A program made the translations under genes and the position numbers. The notes beneath the pieces were generated by a model. The model made no database searches. It was not told the origin of the DNA and was given only the letters and a program-made list of their open reading frames with translations. A stretch of DNA of 64,000 nucleotides, taken from an uncultured Bacteroidota bacterium (GTDB lineage Bacteria > Bacteroidota > Bacteroidia > Bacteroidales > VadinHA17). The stretch spans positions 28,110 through 92,109 of the forward strand of contig CAIMVD010000200.1 of assembly GCA_903844815.1 (NCBI GenBank). Direction: 5' to 3'. This document shows positions 33,993-43,749 of this stretch, piece after piece (the first letter of the stretch is position 1; each line of letters begins with the position of its first letter).

Positions 33993-34083
33993 TTGTTACA
34001 CAGAGGTCCACTGAGGACCAAAGAGTTACACTGAGTTTGTTACCTCCGTGTAACTCTTTAAACTCTGTGCAACTCCGTGTTAA
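33993..34083. repeat. Word-periodic inverted repeat, CACAGAG/CACTGAG type
   Basis: ttgttacacagagg tccactgagg accaaagagttacactgag is followed by a tttg loop and then ttacctccgtgtaactcttt aaactctgtg caactccgtgttaa. The inner stem agagttacac/gtgtaactct is perfect. It ends 13 nt before the next ATG. Confidence 0.8.
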
Positions 34084-34095
34084 AAAAATCGCAGA

Positions 34096-34905
34096 ATGAA
34101 GAAAATTATTCTCATTACCGGTATTTCCTCGGGTTTTGGAAAACAAACTGCAAGGCTTCTGGCAGAGCAGGGCCACACAGTTTATGGCACGGTAAGAAGC
34201 GATATTGCCAAAGAGGATAAGGTCACTTATCTCAGAATGGACCTGACAGATTATGATTCAATCCGGAATGCTGTTTCATCTGTTGTTGAAAAAGAGGGAC
34301 GAATTGATCTCCTTATAAATAACGCCGGTATGCATACGGGAGGTCCTGTTGAGACATTTCCGGTTGAGAACATAAAACTTCAGATGGATACCAATTTCCT
34401 TGGCATGGTTCATGTTACAAGGGAAGTTTTGCCACTGATGCGAAAACAGGGAGGCGGAACTATAATAAACTTCAGTTCAATAGGCGGTTTAATGGGTCTC
34501 CCGTTTCAGTCATTCTATTCTGCCGGCAAATTTGCCATCGAAGGCTTCAGCGAAGCCCTCAGGATGGAAGTAAAAAAGTTCAATATAAAAATAGTTGTTA
34601 TCAATCCCGGAGATTTCCACACAAGCAACTCGGCCAACCGGAGGAATTTCCTTGCACCTGCAACGGATGGAGATGCTTATTACGAGCAATTCAAATCATC
34701 AATGGCGGTCATCGAAAAGGATGAAAGCAACGGTTGGGAGCCTGAAGTATTAGCACGGAAAATTGTAAAAATCACGGGGCTCAAAAATCCGCAAAACAGG
34801 TATATAATCGCCTCTTTTGAACAGAAACTTGCAGTGGTTTTAAAGTATTTGCTTCCCGCCAAGATCTTCGCCATGATACTGGAGGACCATTATAAAATAA
34901 AATAG
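34096..34905 (+). CDS. short-chain dehydrogenase/reductase
   Basis: TGISSGFGK (TGxxxGxG) and YSAGK (YxxxK) motifs. Confidence 0.85.
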   Translation: MKKIILITGISSGFGKQTARLLAEQGHTVYGTVRSDIAKEDKVTYLRMDLTDYDSIRNAVSSVVEKEGRIDLLINNAGMHTGGPVETFPVENIKLQMDTNFLGMVHVTREVLPLMRKQGGGTIINFSSIGGLMGLPFQSFYSAGKFAIEGFSEALRMEVKKFNIKIVVINPGDFHTSNSANRRNFLAPATDGDAYYEQFKSSMAVIEKDESNGWEPEVLARKIVKITGLKNPQNRYIIASFEQKLAVVLKYLLPAKIFAMILEDHYKIK

Positions 34906-35038
34906 TACTCTTATGCATTGCCAGGCATATAGGTTTGCCATGGATGAATTACTCCTTATCAACATATTTATATCAATGTATGTATAAATTTGTTACGCAA
35001 TAATAAGTACTTTCGGCAATTCGTTTCCTCTGTTAAGC

Positions 35039-35069
35039 TTTGTTATTTTAATAGTCATAGCTAATTTTG
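35039..35069 (+). promoter_or_regulatory. Candidate promoter TTTG - 19 nt - TAATTTTG
   Basis: TTTG at 35039-35042 and TAATTTTG at 35062-35069, 63 nt upstream of the ATG at 35132. Confidence 0.4.
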
Positions 35070-35131
35070 AGGCTTATTTAATAAATCCGTACCATCTTCT
35101 TAAATAAATAACAGAACTATCTGTTACAGAA

Positions 35132-36637
35132 ATGACTGAACTTGAACAATATTTCGAAAGGTATCGAAAGAATATTATTGGTATTGATACAGTAATTGAA
35201 ACCCCCTTCGGATTGAAGAAGCTTGTATACGCTGACTGGATAGCAAGCGGAAGGCTCTATGCCCCTATTGAAAAAAGGATGATCGATGATATCGGCCCCC
35301 TGGTTGGAAATACTCATTCCGAATCGACGGCTACAGGAAAAGCCATGACAGAGGCTTACCATTATGCACAGAAGATTGTAAAAAAACATGTAAATGCAGG
35401 GGAGGACGACATCCTTATTTTTACAGGAACAGGGATGACAGCTGCTATTGCCAAGCTCCAGAGAATAATGGGACTCAAAGTACCGGAACAGGCAATTAAA
35501 TATTGTTCACTGGCAACCTTCGGGATCAGGCAATGTAAGGATAGCTTTAATAAAAACCGTCCAGTTGTCTTCCTTACCCATACCGAACATCATTCAAACC
35601 ACACATCGTGGTTCGAAACACTTGCTGATGTAGTTGTCCTGGAACCGGATCAGGATCTTACTGTTAATCCCGATGCGCTGAGAAGGGAGATAGTTAAATA
35701 CAGCGACAGACCTCTTCTTATCGGATCATTCACGGCATGTTCCAATGTTACAGGTTATACTCCTCCCTACTATGAACTTGCCAGAATAATGCATGAGCAT
35801 AATGGCTACTGCTTTGTTGATTTTGCCGCTTCGGCACCCTATTTGAAAATGGATATGCATCCTGCAGAGAAGATGGAACAACTTGACGGCATCTTCTTTT
35901 CACCTCATAAATTTCTGGGCGGGCCCGGAAGTCCGGGGGTACTCATATTCAATAAGGAATTATACAAAAACGAGATACCCGACAAACCGGGCGGAGGTAC
36001 TGTTAAATGGACAAACAGATGGGGCGGATACAGCTATATTTCAGATATTGAAACCAAAGAGGATGGAGGAACTCCGGGTTTCCTGCAAGGAATCAGGGCA
36101 GCTCTGGCAATCATCCTTAAGGAAAACATGGACGTTGAAAAGATAAGGCTTAGGGAAAAGGAACTTTCGGATCTTACTTTCACCGAACTGCTGAAAACAG
36201 ACAAACTACATATTCTGGCTGGCGGTATTAAGGAGAGGCTCGGCGTATTCTCTTTCTATATCGACAATATACATCATAACCTCATTACAAGGATCCTTAA
36301 CGACAGGTTTGGTATTCAGGTCAGGGGAGGATGTTCATGCGCCGGTACTTACGGACATTTTCTTCTTAATGTCAGTTTCAGTGTATCAAAAGAGATTACT
36401 GACAGAATTGATTCGGGAGACCTTTCAATGAAACCAGGCTGGATAAGGCTTTCGCTGCATCCAACAATGACAAACGAGGAGCTTCTTTTTATTACCGATG
36501 CTATAAGACAGACAATCTGTAATATAGATGATTGGGAAAAAGATTATTCTTATGATATCAGTACCAATGAATTCATCCACCGTGACGAACACTTATTAAA
36601 ATCTCAGGGACCTGCAAAATGGTTTTGTGTGGACTGA
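35132..36637 (+). CDS. aminotransferase class V-fold PLP-dependent enzyme (cysteine desulfurase-like)
   Basis: The FFSPHKFLGGPGSPG segment holds the PLP-lysine context, and HTEHHSN is present. Length 501 aa. Confidence 0.6.
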   Translation: MTELEQYFERYRKNIIGIDTVIETPFGLKKLVYADWIASGRLYAPIEKRMIDDIGPLVGNTHSESTATGKAMTEAYHYAQKIVKKHVNAGEDDILIFTGTGMTAAIAKLQRIMGLKVPEQAIKYCSLATFGIRQCKDSFNKNRPVVFLTHTEHHSNHTSWFETLADVVVLEPDQDLTVNPDALRREIVKYSDRPLLIGSFTACSNVTGYTPPYYELARIMHEHNGYCFVDFAASAPYLKMDMHPAEKMEQLDGIFFSPHKFLGGPGSPGVLIFNKELYKNEIPDKPGGGTVKWTNRWGGYSYISDIETKEDGGTPGFLQGIRAALAIILKENMDVEKIRLREKELSDLTFTELLKTDKLHILAGGIKERLGVFSFYIDNIHHNLITRILNDRFGIQVRGGCSCAGTYGHFLLNVSFSVSKEITDRIDSGDLSMKPGWIRLSLHPTMTNEELLFITDAIRQTICNIDDWEKDYSYDISTNEFIHRDEHLLKSQGPAKWFCVD

Positions 36638-36711
36638 CACAAGCCCGGCCCTTGCAAAAAAGGTGTTAATACTCTAACCATTAAGTCAATACAATATTTA
36701 ATAATCAATAA

Positions 36712-37329
36712 ATGAACGAATTTGACATTAAAGCATCTGCCTGGGATCAAAACCCGATGCATTGGGACCGGTCTGTTGCAATTGCAAATGAGATAAAGAG
36801 GCTGATTCCGCTAAACCGGGAAATGAGGGCCATGGAATATGGCGCAGGTACCGGAATCGCAAGTTTCCTGTTAAAAGATGATCTTAAAGAGATTACACTG
36901 ATGGACAGCTCAGTTGAAATGGTTAAGGTTACTCATGGAAAAATTGAATCCAGTGAGGTAAAAAATCTGAAAGTCCTGAAATTCGACCTTGAACATGATG
37001 ATTATGACGATGGAAAATTTGATCTGATATTTACTCAGATGGTGCTCCACCATGTATCCGACGTGGAATCTATAATTGGCAAATTCCGTCAGCTTCTGAA
37101 CATTGGAGGATTCCTTGCAATGGCCGACCTGTATGAAGAAGATGGTTCTTTCCATGGCGACGGATTTACGGGGCATAACGGGTTTAATATCGATAAACTT
37201 GCAGAAATAATCGGAAAACATTCATTCGGTGATGTGGTCCACAATACCTGTTTTGTAATTGAGAGGAAAATTTCGGAAGCTGAAAATAAACAATACGGGG
37301 TATTCCTTGTTATTGGAAGAGCGGTTTAA
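36712..37329 (+). CDS. class I SAM-dependent methyltransferase
   Basis: Motif I MEYGAGTGIASFLL and motif post-I ITLMDSS. Confidence 0.75.
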   Translation: MNEFDIKASAWDQNPMHWDRSVAIANEIKRLIPLNREMRAMEYGAGTGIASFLLKDDLKEITLMDSSVEMVKVTHGKIESSEVKNLKVLKFDLEHDDYDDGKFDLIFTQMVLHHVSDVESIIGKFRQLLNIGGFLAMADLYEEDGSFHGDGFTGHNGFNIDKLAEIIGKHSFGDVVHNTCFVIERKISEAENKQYGVFLVIGRAV

Positions 37330-37389
37330 ATGATCGCCGGTATCTGAATCATCAAAAAAGCCAATGGAGTTATAATTAATCTGCCAATA

Positions 37390-37779
37390 ATGGAAATAAT
37401 ACTTGAAGGAGGAAAAGTTGTTACCGCGCTGCATCACGGACATAGAATAAAGACCGATCAGCCTCTCGATAACGGAGGAACCGACACTGCCCCTGCCCCT
37501 TTTGATCTTTATCTTGCAGCAATCGGAACCTGCGCAAGTATCTATGTAAAATCGTTTTGCGACAACAGGGAAATCCCGACTGACAAAATAAAGATAATAC
37601 AGAAGACTGAGTTTGATAAGGAAACAGGACTACCCGTAGACATAACTATCGACATTACTCTTCCTGAAGATTTTCCTGAAAAATACAAGGATGCAATAAA
37701 AGTAGTGGCCGAGAAATGCAAAGTAAAAAAATCAATCCTCAGCCCTCCTGTATTCCAGGTAAATGTATCTCAGCTTTAA
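37390..37779 (+). CDS. OsmC/Ohr-family protein
   Basis: NGGTDTAPAPFDLYLAAIGTCASIY plus a second Cys in AEKCKV. Length 129 aa. Confidence 0.75.
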   Translation: MEIILEGGKVVTALHHGHRIKTDQPLDNGGTDTAPAPFDLYLAAIGTCASIYVKSFCDNREIPTDKIKIIQKTEFDKETGLPVDITIDITLPEDFPEKYKDAIKVVAEKCKVKKSILSPPVFQVNVSQL

Positions 37780-37795
37780 TTCAGAGAAAATAGCT

Positions 37796-38041
37796 TTATC
37801 GACCGATTCTCGTGCAGGGGCAAGCTGTCAGATAATAACCAATCATTCCTCCCAGGAAGACTGACGTCCATGTATCCTGAGTAATCTCAAAAGCTATTCC
37901 TCTGTTCTCAACAAAATAATTATACAGGAATCCTGCAGCCAGACCGCCTGTGATTCCGAGGAATGGTTTCCAGAAATACCAGCTTGTAAGAAGCTCTTTT
38001 ATGTTCCCCGGTTTTGCGGTTATTTTACAACTTTGTCCCAT
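37796..38041 (-). CDS. small membrane protein, unknown function
   Basis: 81 aa with two hydrophobic helices and a C-terminal CPC motif. No family recognised. Confidence 0.4.
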   Translation of the reverse strand: MGQSCKITAKPGNIKELLTSWYFWKPFLGITGGLAAGFLYNYFVENRGIAFEITQDTWTSVFLGGMIGYYLTACPCTRIGR

Positions 38042-38160
38042 CTAGTTACAATTAAAATATGTGACAAATATAAGTTCCTTTTATTGAATCGCCATAATAT
38101 CACCTGAATCTTTTTACTATCACTCAATTTTTCTTATCTTTGCGTAATATTAATCTTTTG

Positions 38161-38592
38161 ATGAGCGCAATTTTCAATAAAGAATTAAGTCCTGAACAAC
38201 TCGATGTGTTATTTCGAAATGATGAGAAATGCCTTGAGTTCCTGGCTCAATTGAAGTGGGACGAAGGTTTTGTTTGCAGGAAATGTGGGAATACCAACCA
38301 CTGCCCCGGAAAAGCACCTCATTCGAGGCGTTGTACCAAGTGCAAATCTGAAGAATCAGCTACGGCAGGTACTATTTTTCACAATTGCAAGTTCCCTGTT
38401 AGCAAGGCATTCTACATAGCCTATACTGTTTGCAAGGGCAATGAAGATGTTTCCTCCTATGAATTTGCAAGGCGACTAACGCTGCGACAGATGACTTGCT
38501 GGAATTTCAAAACAAGGATTCAGAACGCCCTGCAGCAAATGGATTCGCTTACCAAGACAGAGAAGTCCTCAATCCAGAAAATACTATCCTGA
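38161..38592 (+). CDS. IS1595-type transposase N-terminal zinc-ribbon domain only (no DDE domain)
   Basis: CLEFLAQLKWDEGFVCRKCGNTNHC...RRCTKCKSEESATAGTIFHNCKFP matches the IS1595 zinc-ribbon domain. The ORF ends after about 144 aa, and only 62 bp remain before the next gene. The start is set to the ATG at 38161 rather than the TTG at 38140. Confidence 0.6.
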   Translation: MSAIFNKELSPEQLDVLFRNDEKCLEFLAQLKWDEGFVCRKCGNTNHCPGKAPHSRRCTKCKSEESATAGTIFHNCKFPVSKAFYIAYTVCKGNEDVSSYEFARRLTLRQMTCWNFKTRIQNALQQMDSLTKTEKSSIQKILS

Positions 38593-38618
38593 TTTTAAAT
38601 CCATAGTGGCCATTGCGA

Positions 38619-38643
38619 TCCCGATAGTTATCGGGACCTTTTT
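38619..38643 (+). terminator. Intrinsic terminator-like hairpin plus T-run
   Basis: tcccgat agtt atcggga forms a 7-bp stem. It is followed by cc and ttttt (38639-43). It lies between convergent gene ends. Confidence 0.55.
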
Positions 38644-38654
38644 GGCCATTATGT

Positions 38655-39977
38655 TTAGATTAAATACATGTTAATGAGCTGCTCGAAGAGTTCCTGCTTT
38701 CCGCTTCTTGTCTGAGGTTCACCTGATGCTAAGGCAATTTCCCTGAGCTGTTCAAGGGTAAGTTTTCCTGACTCGAAATCTTTGCCGGTTCCTGTATCGA
38801 ATGATTCGTACCTTGACTTTCTAAGTGGCAGATAATTACTTTCTTTCAGCACCTTATCGGCAGTTACAAGAGCCCTTGCAAAAGTGTCCATCCCGCTTAT
38901 ATGGGCAATGAAAATATCTTCGATGTCAGTGGAGTTACGGCGAACCTTTGCGTCGAAATTTATTCCTCCCGTAGTAAAGCCTCCAGCCTGAAGAATGACC
39001 ATCATAGCTTCGGTGATTTCATAAATGTTGGTCGGAAATTCATCGGTATCCCAGCCATTCTGATAGTCACCCTTATTGGCATCGATACTTCCGAGTAATC
39101 CCGAATCGGCAGCAACCTGTAATTCGTGCTGGAAGGTATGGCCTGCAAGGGTCGCATGATTAACCTCAATATTCAGTTTGAAGTCTTTATCGAGGCCGTG
39201 CTGGCGGAGGAAACCAATAATGGTAGCAACATCGAAGTCATACTGGTGCTTCGATGGTTCCATTGGTTTTGGCTCAACGAGGAAACTTCCCTTAAAACCT
39301 ATTTTTCTTCCATAGTCGCGTGCCATTGAAAGCATCATTCCCATGTGTTCAAGTTCCCGTTTCATGTCGGTGTTGTGAAGGCTCATATATCCTTCGCGGC
39401 CACCCCAGAATACATAATTTTCTCCTCCAAGCTCTACGGTGGCTGCAATGGCATTCTTCAGCTGTACAGCCGCATTCGCAACAACTGCAAAATCGGGATT
39501 GGTTGCAGCTCCGTTCATATAACGGGGATTTGAGAACAGGTTTGCAGTGCCCCACAGCAGTTTCACTCCAGTCTCTTCCTGCATCTTTTTCATTACCGGA
39601 ACAGTTTTTTCGAGCCTTTTTTCTATTTCAAACACCGATCCGTCGCCAACAACATCAGCATCATGGAAACAATAATAGCCGGCTCCTATCTTGGTTATAA
39701 ATTCAAAGGCAGCATCGAGTCGCTGACGGGTCTTGTCATCATTAGATGCATCTTTCCACGGATAGATCCTCGTGGCATTACCAAAAGGATCGGAACCATC
39801 GCCGCAGAAAGAGTGCCAGTAGGCTATCGCGAAACGCAGGTGGTCCTTCATCTTTTTGCCGGCGACTATCTCATCAGCATTATACCATCTGAAAGCAAGC
39901 GGATTTTTCGAATTCTTCCCTTCATATTCAATTTTCCCGATACCGGGATAAACCTCTTTATTTCCTTTGTAGATCAT
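38655..39977 (-). CDS. xylA: xylose isomerase
   Basis: Motifs FHDAD, WGGREGY and [19 protein letters not shown]. Length 440 aa. Confidence 0.93.
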   Translation of the reverse strand: MIYKGNKEVYPGIGKIEYEGKNSKNPLAFRWYNADEIVAGKKMKDHLRFAIAYWHSFCGDGSDPFGNATRIYPWKDASNDDKTRQRLDAAFEFITKIGAGYYCFHDADVVGDGSVFEIEKRLEKTVPVMKKMQEETGVKLLWGTANLFSNPRYMNGAATNPDFAVVANAAVQLKNAIAATVELGGENYVFWGGREGYMSLHNTDMKRELEHMGMMLSMARDYGRKIGFKGSFLVEPKPMEPSKHQYDFDVATIIGFLRQHGLDKDFKLNIEVNHATLAGHTFQHELQVAADSGLLGSIDANKGDYQNGWDTDEFPTNIYEITEAMMVILQAGGFTTGGINFDAKVRRNSTDIEDIFIAHISGMDTFARALVTADKVLKESNYLPLRKSRYESFDTGTGKDFESGKLTLEQLREIALASGEPQTRSGKQELFEQLINMYLI

Positions 39978-40061
39978 AGTGAATAGTATTTTTTGTCAGT
40001 TTTTCTTCTTATCTTAATGCAAATTAGTCATTCTTTTTCGAAAGTGGAACAGGTAAGGATT

Positions 40062-41543
40062 CTATTTATTACCGTGAAGAAGTTCCTTCCATCTAAGGTA
40101 AGCTTCATTGTATTGTTCTTCAGCGCCTGGTGAAGGTTCTGCTGAACCTGTTGATTCAAGACCCGTAAATGCCTCCTTCTCCGATTTGTAATAACCGCAT
40201 CCGATTCCGGCTCCCCTGGCAGCGCCAGTAGATCCGTCGGTATTATAAAGATTAATTACCGTTTTTGTAACATTCGAAAGAGTTTCGCGGAAAATGGAAC
40301 TGAGGAACATGTTTGCCTCACCTGCCCTTATAACTTTTGGAGTTATGCCTGTTTCATTCATTATATCGAGCCCGTAACGGAATGAAAAGGCAATTCCTTC
40401 CTGTGCAGCCCTGAAGAGATGTCCCGATGAGTGTCTGTTGAAGTTAAGACCATAAATGCCAGCTCCGGAATCTTTGTTTCCAAGCATTCTTTCGGCACCG
40501 TTTCCAAAAGGCAATATTGAAATTCCGTCGGAACCAACAGGAACATCTGCCGCCAGACTGTTCATCTCATTATACGTAAGTGATCCCCCGCTTATTCGCC
40601 TGAGCCACGAATTGAGAATGCCTGTCCCGTTAATGCAAAGCAATACCCCAAGACGCGGATTGGTCTTTGTATGGTTTACATGCAAAAAAGTATTGACACG
40701 CGACATAGGATCAGCCTTTTTAAGGTCGGTAACACCATAGATTACACCTGAGGTCCCTGCTGTTGCAGCAACTTCACCAGGGGAAAGGACGTTCAACGAA
40801 AGAGCATTATTTGGCTGATCTCCTGCCATATATGAAACTGGTATTCCTTCGGTTAGTCCAAAATCGGATGCCACCTGCTTCAGAAGCTTTCCCCTGACCG
40901 AAAAGGAAGAAGATGGTTCAGGCAGGATCTCTTTTCGAAACCCATAGTAATTCATGAGTTCATCTGAAACCTTTTCCCGCTCAAAATCCCAGAAGATACC
41001 TTCGGAAAGTCCGGTATAAGAAGTGGAAATTTCTCCTGTAAGGCGTAAGGAGAGATAGTCGCCGGGAAGCATTACCCTGTCAATTTTAGAGAACAAGGCA
41101 GGCTCATTTTCTTTCATCCATGCCAGCTTTGATGCAGTAAAGTTACCAGGTGAATTTAGCAGATGATCAAGGCAAAACTCATTACCCAGGGCTGCGAGGG
41201 CTTTTTGTCCGTAAGCTACTGCCCTGCTGTCGCACCATATAATCGATGGGCGGAGGACTTTATTATCCTTACCGACAACGACCAGTCCGTGCATCTGATA
41301 GGATATTCCGATTGCGCCAACACCTTTCATGGCAGGGCCTAATTTTTCAGCACAACCTGCGATGGCTTCCTTAAGGCATGTCCACCATAATTCGGGATCC
41401 TGCTCGGCCCAACCGGGCTTAAGCGCCATTATCTTCATCTCGTCGGCCGGATAAAAAGAGGAAACAAGGCATCTGCCCGACTCTCCATCTAATACCGAAG
41501 CCTTTACTGAAGAACTTCCCAAATCAATTCCAAGTAAAAGCAT
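40062..41543 (-). CDS. xylB: xylulokinase (FGGY family)
   Basis: N-terminus LLGIDLGSSSVKA. Length 493 aa. Immediately upstream of xylA. Confidence 0.85.
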   Translation of the reverse strand: MLLLGIDLGSSSVKASVLDGESGRCLVSSFYPADEMKIMALKPGWAEQDPELWWTCLKEAIAGCAEKLGPAMKGVGAIGISYQMHGLVVVGKDNKVLRPSIIWCDSRAVAYGQKALAALGNEFCLDHLLNSPGNFTASKLAWMKENEPALFSKIDRVMLPGDYLSLRLTGEISTSYTGLSEGIFWDFEREKVSDELMNYYGFRKEILPEPSSSFSVRGKLLKQVASDFGLTEGIPVSYMAGDQPNNALSLNVLSPGEVAATAGTSGVIYGVTDLKKADPMSRVNTFLHVNHTKTNPRLGVLLCINGTGILNSWLRRISGGSLTYNEMNSLAADVPVGSDGISILPFGNGAERMLGNKDSGAGIYGLNFNRHSSGHLFRAAQEGIAFSFRYGLDIMNETGITPKVIRAGEANMFLSSIFRETLSNVTKTVINLYNTDGSTGAARGAGIGCGYYKSEKEAFTGLESTGSAEPSPGAEEQYNEAYLRWKELLHGNK

Positions 41544-41733
41544 ATGCTTTAATTTATTAAGTTAAAGTTTCAATTATTTACCGCTATAAAATGCCAGGTT
41601 CTAAAGTTATAAAGAAGTTTGAAGTGTACCAGAGTTTGGAGTACTTTAAGTTAGAAGAATTATTCATGAGAAGAAATCTTTCTATATAACTCTTAATCCT
41701 CCAGGCAATTCAGACACTTCAGCCGCTCTTATT

Positions 41734-42942
41734 CTACCAGTTGAACAATGTACCATCAGTTTTTCTGTTAACAGGAAGCCGAGCTACAGAATATGGATAT
41801 AAACCTGCTTTTTTTTCATCAATATCCACACCTATACCTGGAGAATCATCTATAGTAAGATAGCCGTCATTAAAGGAATAATTAGTCTTAAAGACCTCAT
41901 TTACAATACTCTGATGTGGCATATATTCCTGGATACCAAAATTATTGACAGCCAGATTGAAATGGATAGAAGCAGCCAGATTCACCGGTGAAAGGTCGGT
42001 GGCTCCATGAAACCCGGTATTTATATGGTAAACCGAACCCATGGCTGCCACCTTAAGCATATGGGTTATGCCTCCCCCATGGACGAGGGGCATCCTTATA
42101 TAATCGATGAGCTGTTCAGTGAAAAGAGTCGAGTAGTCGTAAATTGAATTAAAGACTTCACCAATTGCTATTGGGGTTGTTGAATGCTGCCTGATTAGCC
42201 GGAGACCTTCCTGAAGTTCGCCTGAAACAGGGTCCTCGAGCCAGAAAAGATGGTATGGCTCAAGTTCCTTTGCGAGTCTGGCAGCTTCATTTGGGGTACA
42301 CCGATGATGCACATCATGAAGCAGGTGAATATCATCTCCATAGTTTTCCCTGACCCGGCTGAAGAGAGTTGGTACAAAGTTCAGATATTTTGATGTGTCC
42401 CAATATTCTTCCTGAGCCAATCCTTTGTGAGCAGGTTCATAAAATTTATTATCCCTGGCAACACCATATGTATGTGAAATTCCCGGAACACCTGATTGAA
42501 CACGTACCGCTTTAAAGCCAGTCTCGATTTCTTTACCTATCTTTTCGATTGTATCATCAAGATCTTTACCATTTGCATGGCAGTAAACCAACACCTTTTT
42601 CCTGCTTTTTCCTCCAATCAGATTATAAAGTGGAGTATTTAGAACCTTGCCTTTTATATCCCACAATGCCATGTCGATAGCTGAAACAGCAGTCATTGAT
42701 ACAGCTCCTCTTCTCCAGTATACACCACGGTAAAAATAATTCCAGATATCTTCTGTATTCCCCGGATCACGTCCTATTAATGCGGGAATACAATAGTTCT
42801 CGAGATAAGCGACAACCGATTTTTCCATGCCGTTCAGAGTTGCATCACCAAGCCCGAATATTCCCTGATCAGTGAATATTTTCAGAGTTACAAAGTTTCT
42901 TCCCGGAGAACAAACAATTACCTTTGCATTCGTAATTTTCAT
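41734..42942 (-). CDS. enolase-superfamily D-mannonate dehydratase (ManD/RspA subgroup)
   Basis: The N-terminus MKITNAKVIVCSPGRNFVTLKIFTDQGIFGLGDATLNG and the length of 402 aa are typical of the ManD subgroup. Confidence 0.75.
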   Translation of the reverse strand: MKITNAKVIVCSPGRNFVTLKIFTDQGIFGLGDATLNGMEKSVVAYLENYCIPALIGRDPGNTEDIWNYFYRGVYWRRGAVSMTAVSAIDMALWDIKGKVLNTPLYNLIGGKSRKKVLVYCHANGKDLDDTIEKIGKEIETGFKAVRVQSGVPGISHTYGVARDNKFYEPAHKGLAQEEYWDTSKYLNFVPTLFSRVRENYGDDIHLLHDVHHRCTPNEAARLAKELEPYHLFWLEDPVSGELQEGLRLIRQHSTTPIAIGEVFNSIYDYSTLFTEQLIDYIRMPLVHGGGITHMLKVAAMGSVYHINTGFHGATDLSPVNLAASIHFNLAVNNFGIQEYMPHQSIVNEVFKTNYSFNDGYLTIDDSPGIGVDIDEKKAGLYPYSVARLPVNRKTDGTLFNW

Positions 42943-42986
42943 AATATCAGCCTATTATTTTTTCTTGTCTCTGGACTGTGTTTTTT

Positions 42987-43739
42987 TCAGAATCCTATTG
43001 AATTTCCTCCGTCGACAGGCAGCACTACTCCTGTTATGAAAGAAGCCGACCCTGAAACAAGAAAAAGTGCGGCATCAGCTACCTCTTCAGGTTTGCCGAA
43101 TCTTCCTAACGGGGTTCTTGAAATGACCTTTTTTTTACGCTCAGGGTCTTTTTCCATAGCCAGTGTTGACATGTTTGTCTTAATAAATCCCGGAGCCAGA
43201 CAGTTTACCCGTATGCCATGATGAGCGAGTTCAACAGCCATGGCCCTCGTCATGCCTTCAATAGCTGATTTTGAAGCAGTATAGGCAATGACATTAGGAA
43301 TGCCGTACTGTGAAGCCATAGAACTGATATTCAGAACAACACCCATGGATTGTTTTTGCATAACTTTGGTTACCTCCCTTGTAAGACAGAACATAGCTGT
43401 CTGGTTTGTAAGAATAACTTTCTGATACTCCTCGTCGGTAACTTCATCTATAGCTTTTTTAAGATGCATTCCTGCATTATTTACCAGGATATCTATTTTC
43501 CTGTGTTTTTCAACAATTCCCTTTACTACAACTGGCAAATCAGAGATCCGTGTCAGGTCACAACCAACAAAATCTGCAAGTTCTCCAAGAGTCTCGCAGG
43601 CAAGTTTAAGTCTGGTCTTGTCGCGACCGATAAGGATCACATGAATACTATTCTCTACAAATTTTTTTGCAATTGCGAAGCCTATACCTGATGCCCCACC
43701 AGTTATAACTGCAATCCTGTTATTACTTTTGAGTGCCAT
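42987..43739 (-). CDS. short-chain dehydrogenase/reductase (possible fructuronate or gluconate-type reductase)
   Basis: TGGASGIGFA and YTASKSA motifs. Located next to the ManD-like gene. Confidence 0.8.
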   Translation of the reverse strand: MALKSNNRIAVITGGASGIGFAIAKKFVENSIHVILIGRDKTRLKLACETLGELADFVGCDLTRISDLPVVVKGIVEKHRKIDILVNNAGMHLKKAIDEVTDEEYQKVILTNQTAMFCLTREVTKVMQKQSMGVVLNISSMASQYGIPNVIAYTASKSAIEGMTRAMAVELAHHGIRVNCLAPGFIKTNMSTLAMEKDPERKKKVISRTPLGRFGKPEEVADAALFLVSGSASFITGVVLPVDGGNSIGF

Positions 43740-43749
43740 ATTTTAAGAA

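Noticed and set aside
41595-41665. Possible additional degenerate word repeat (ctaaagt...tactttaag...) between the ManD-like gene and xylB
   Set aside because: Only weak inverted symmetry and no clear tandem word periodicity. This is too uncertain to call a family member.
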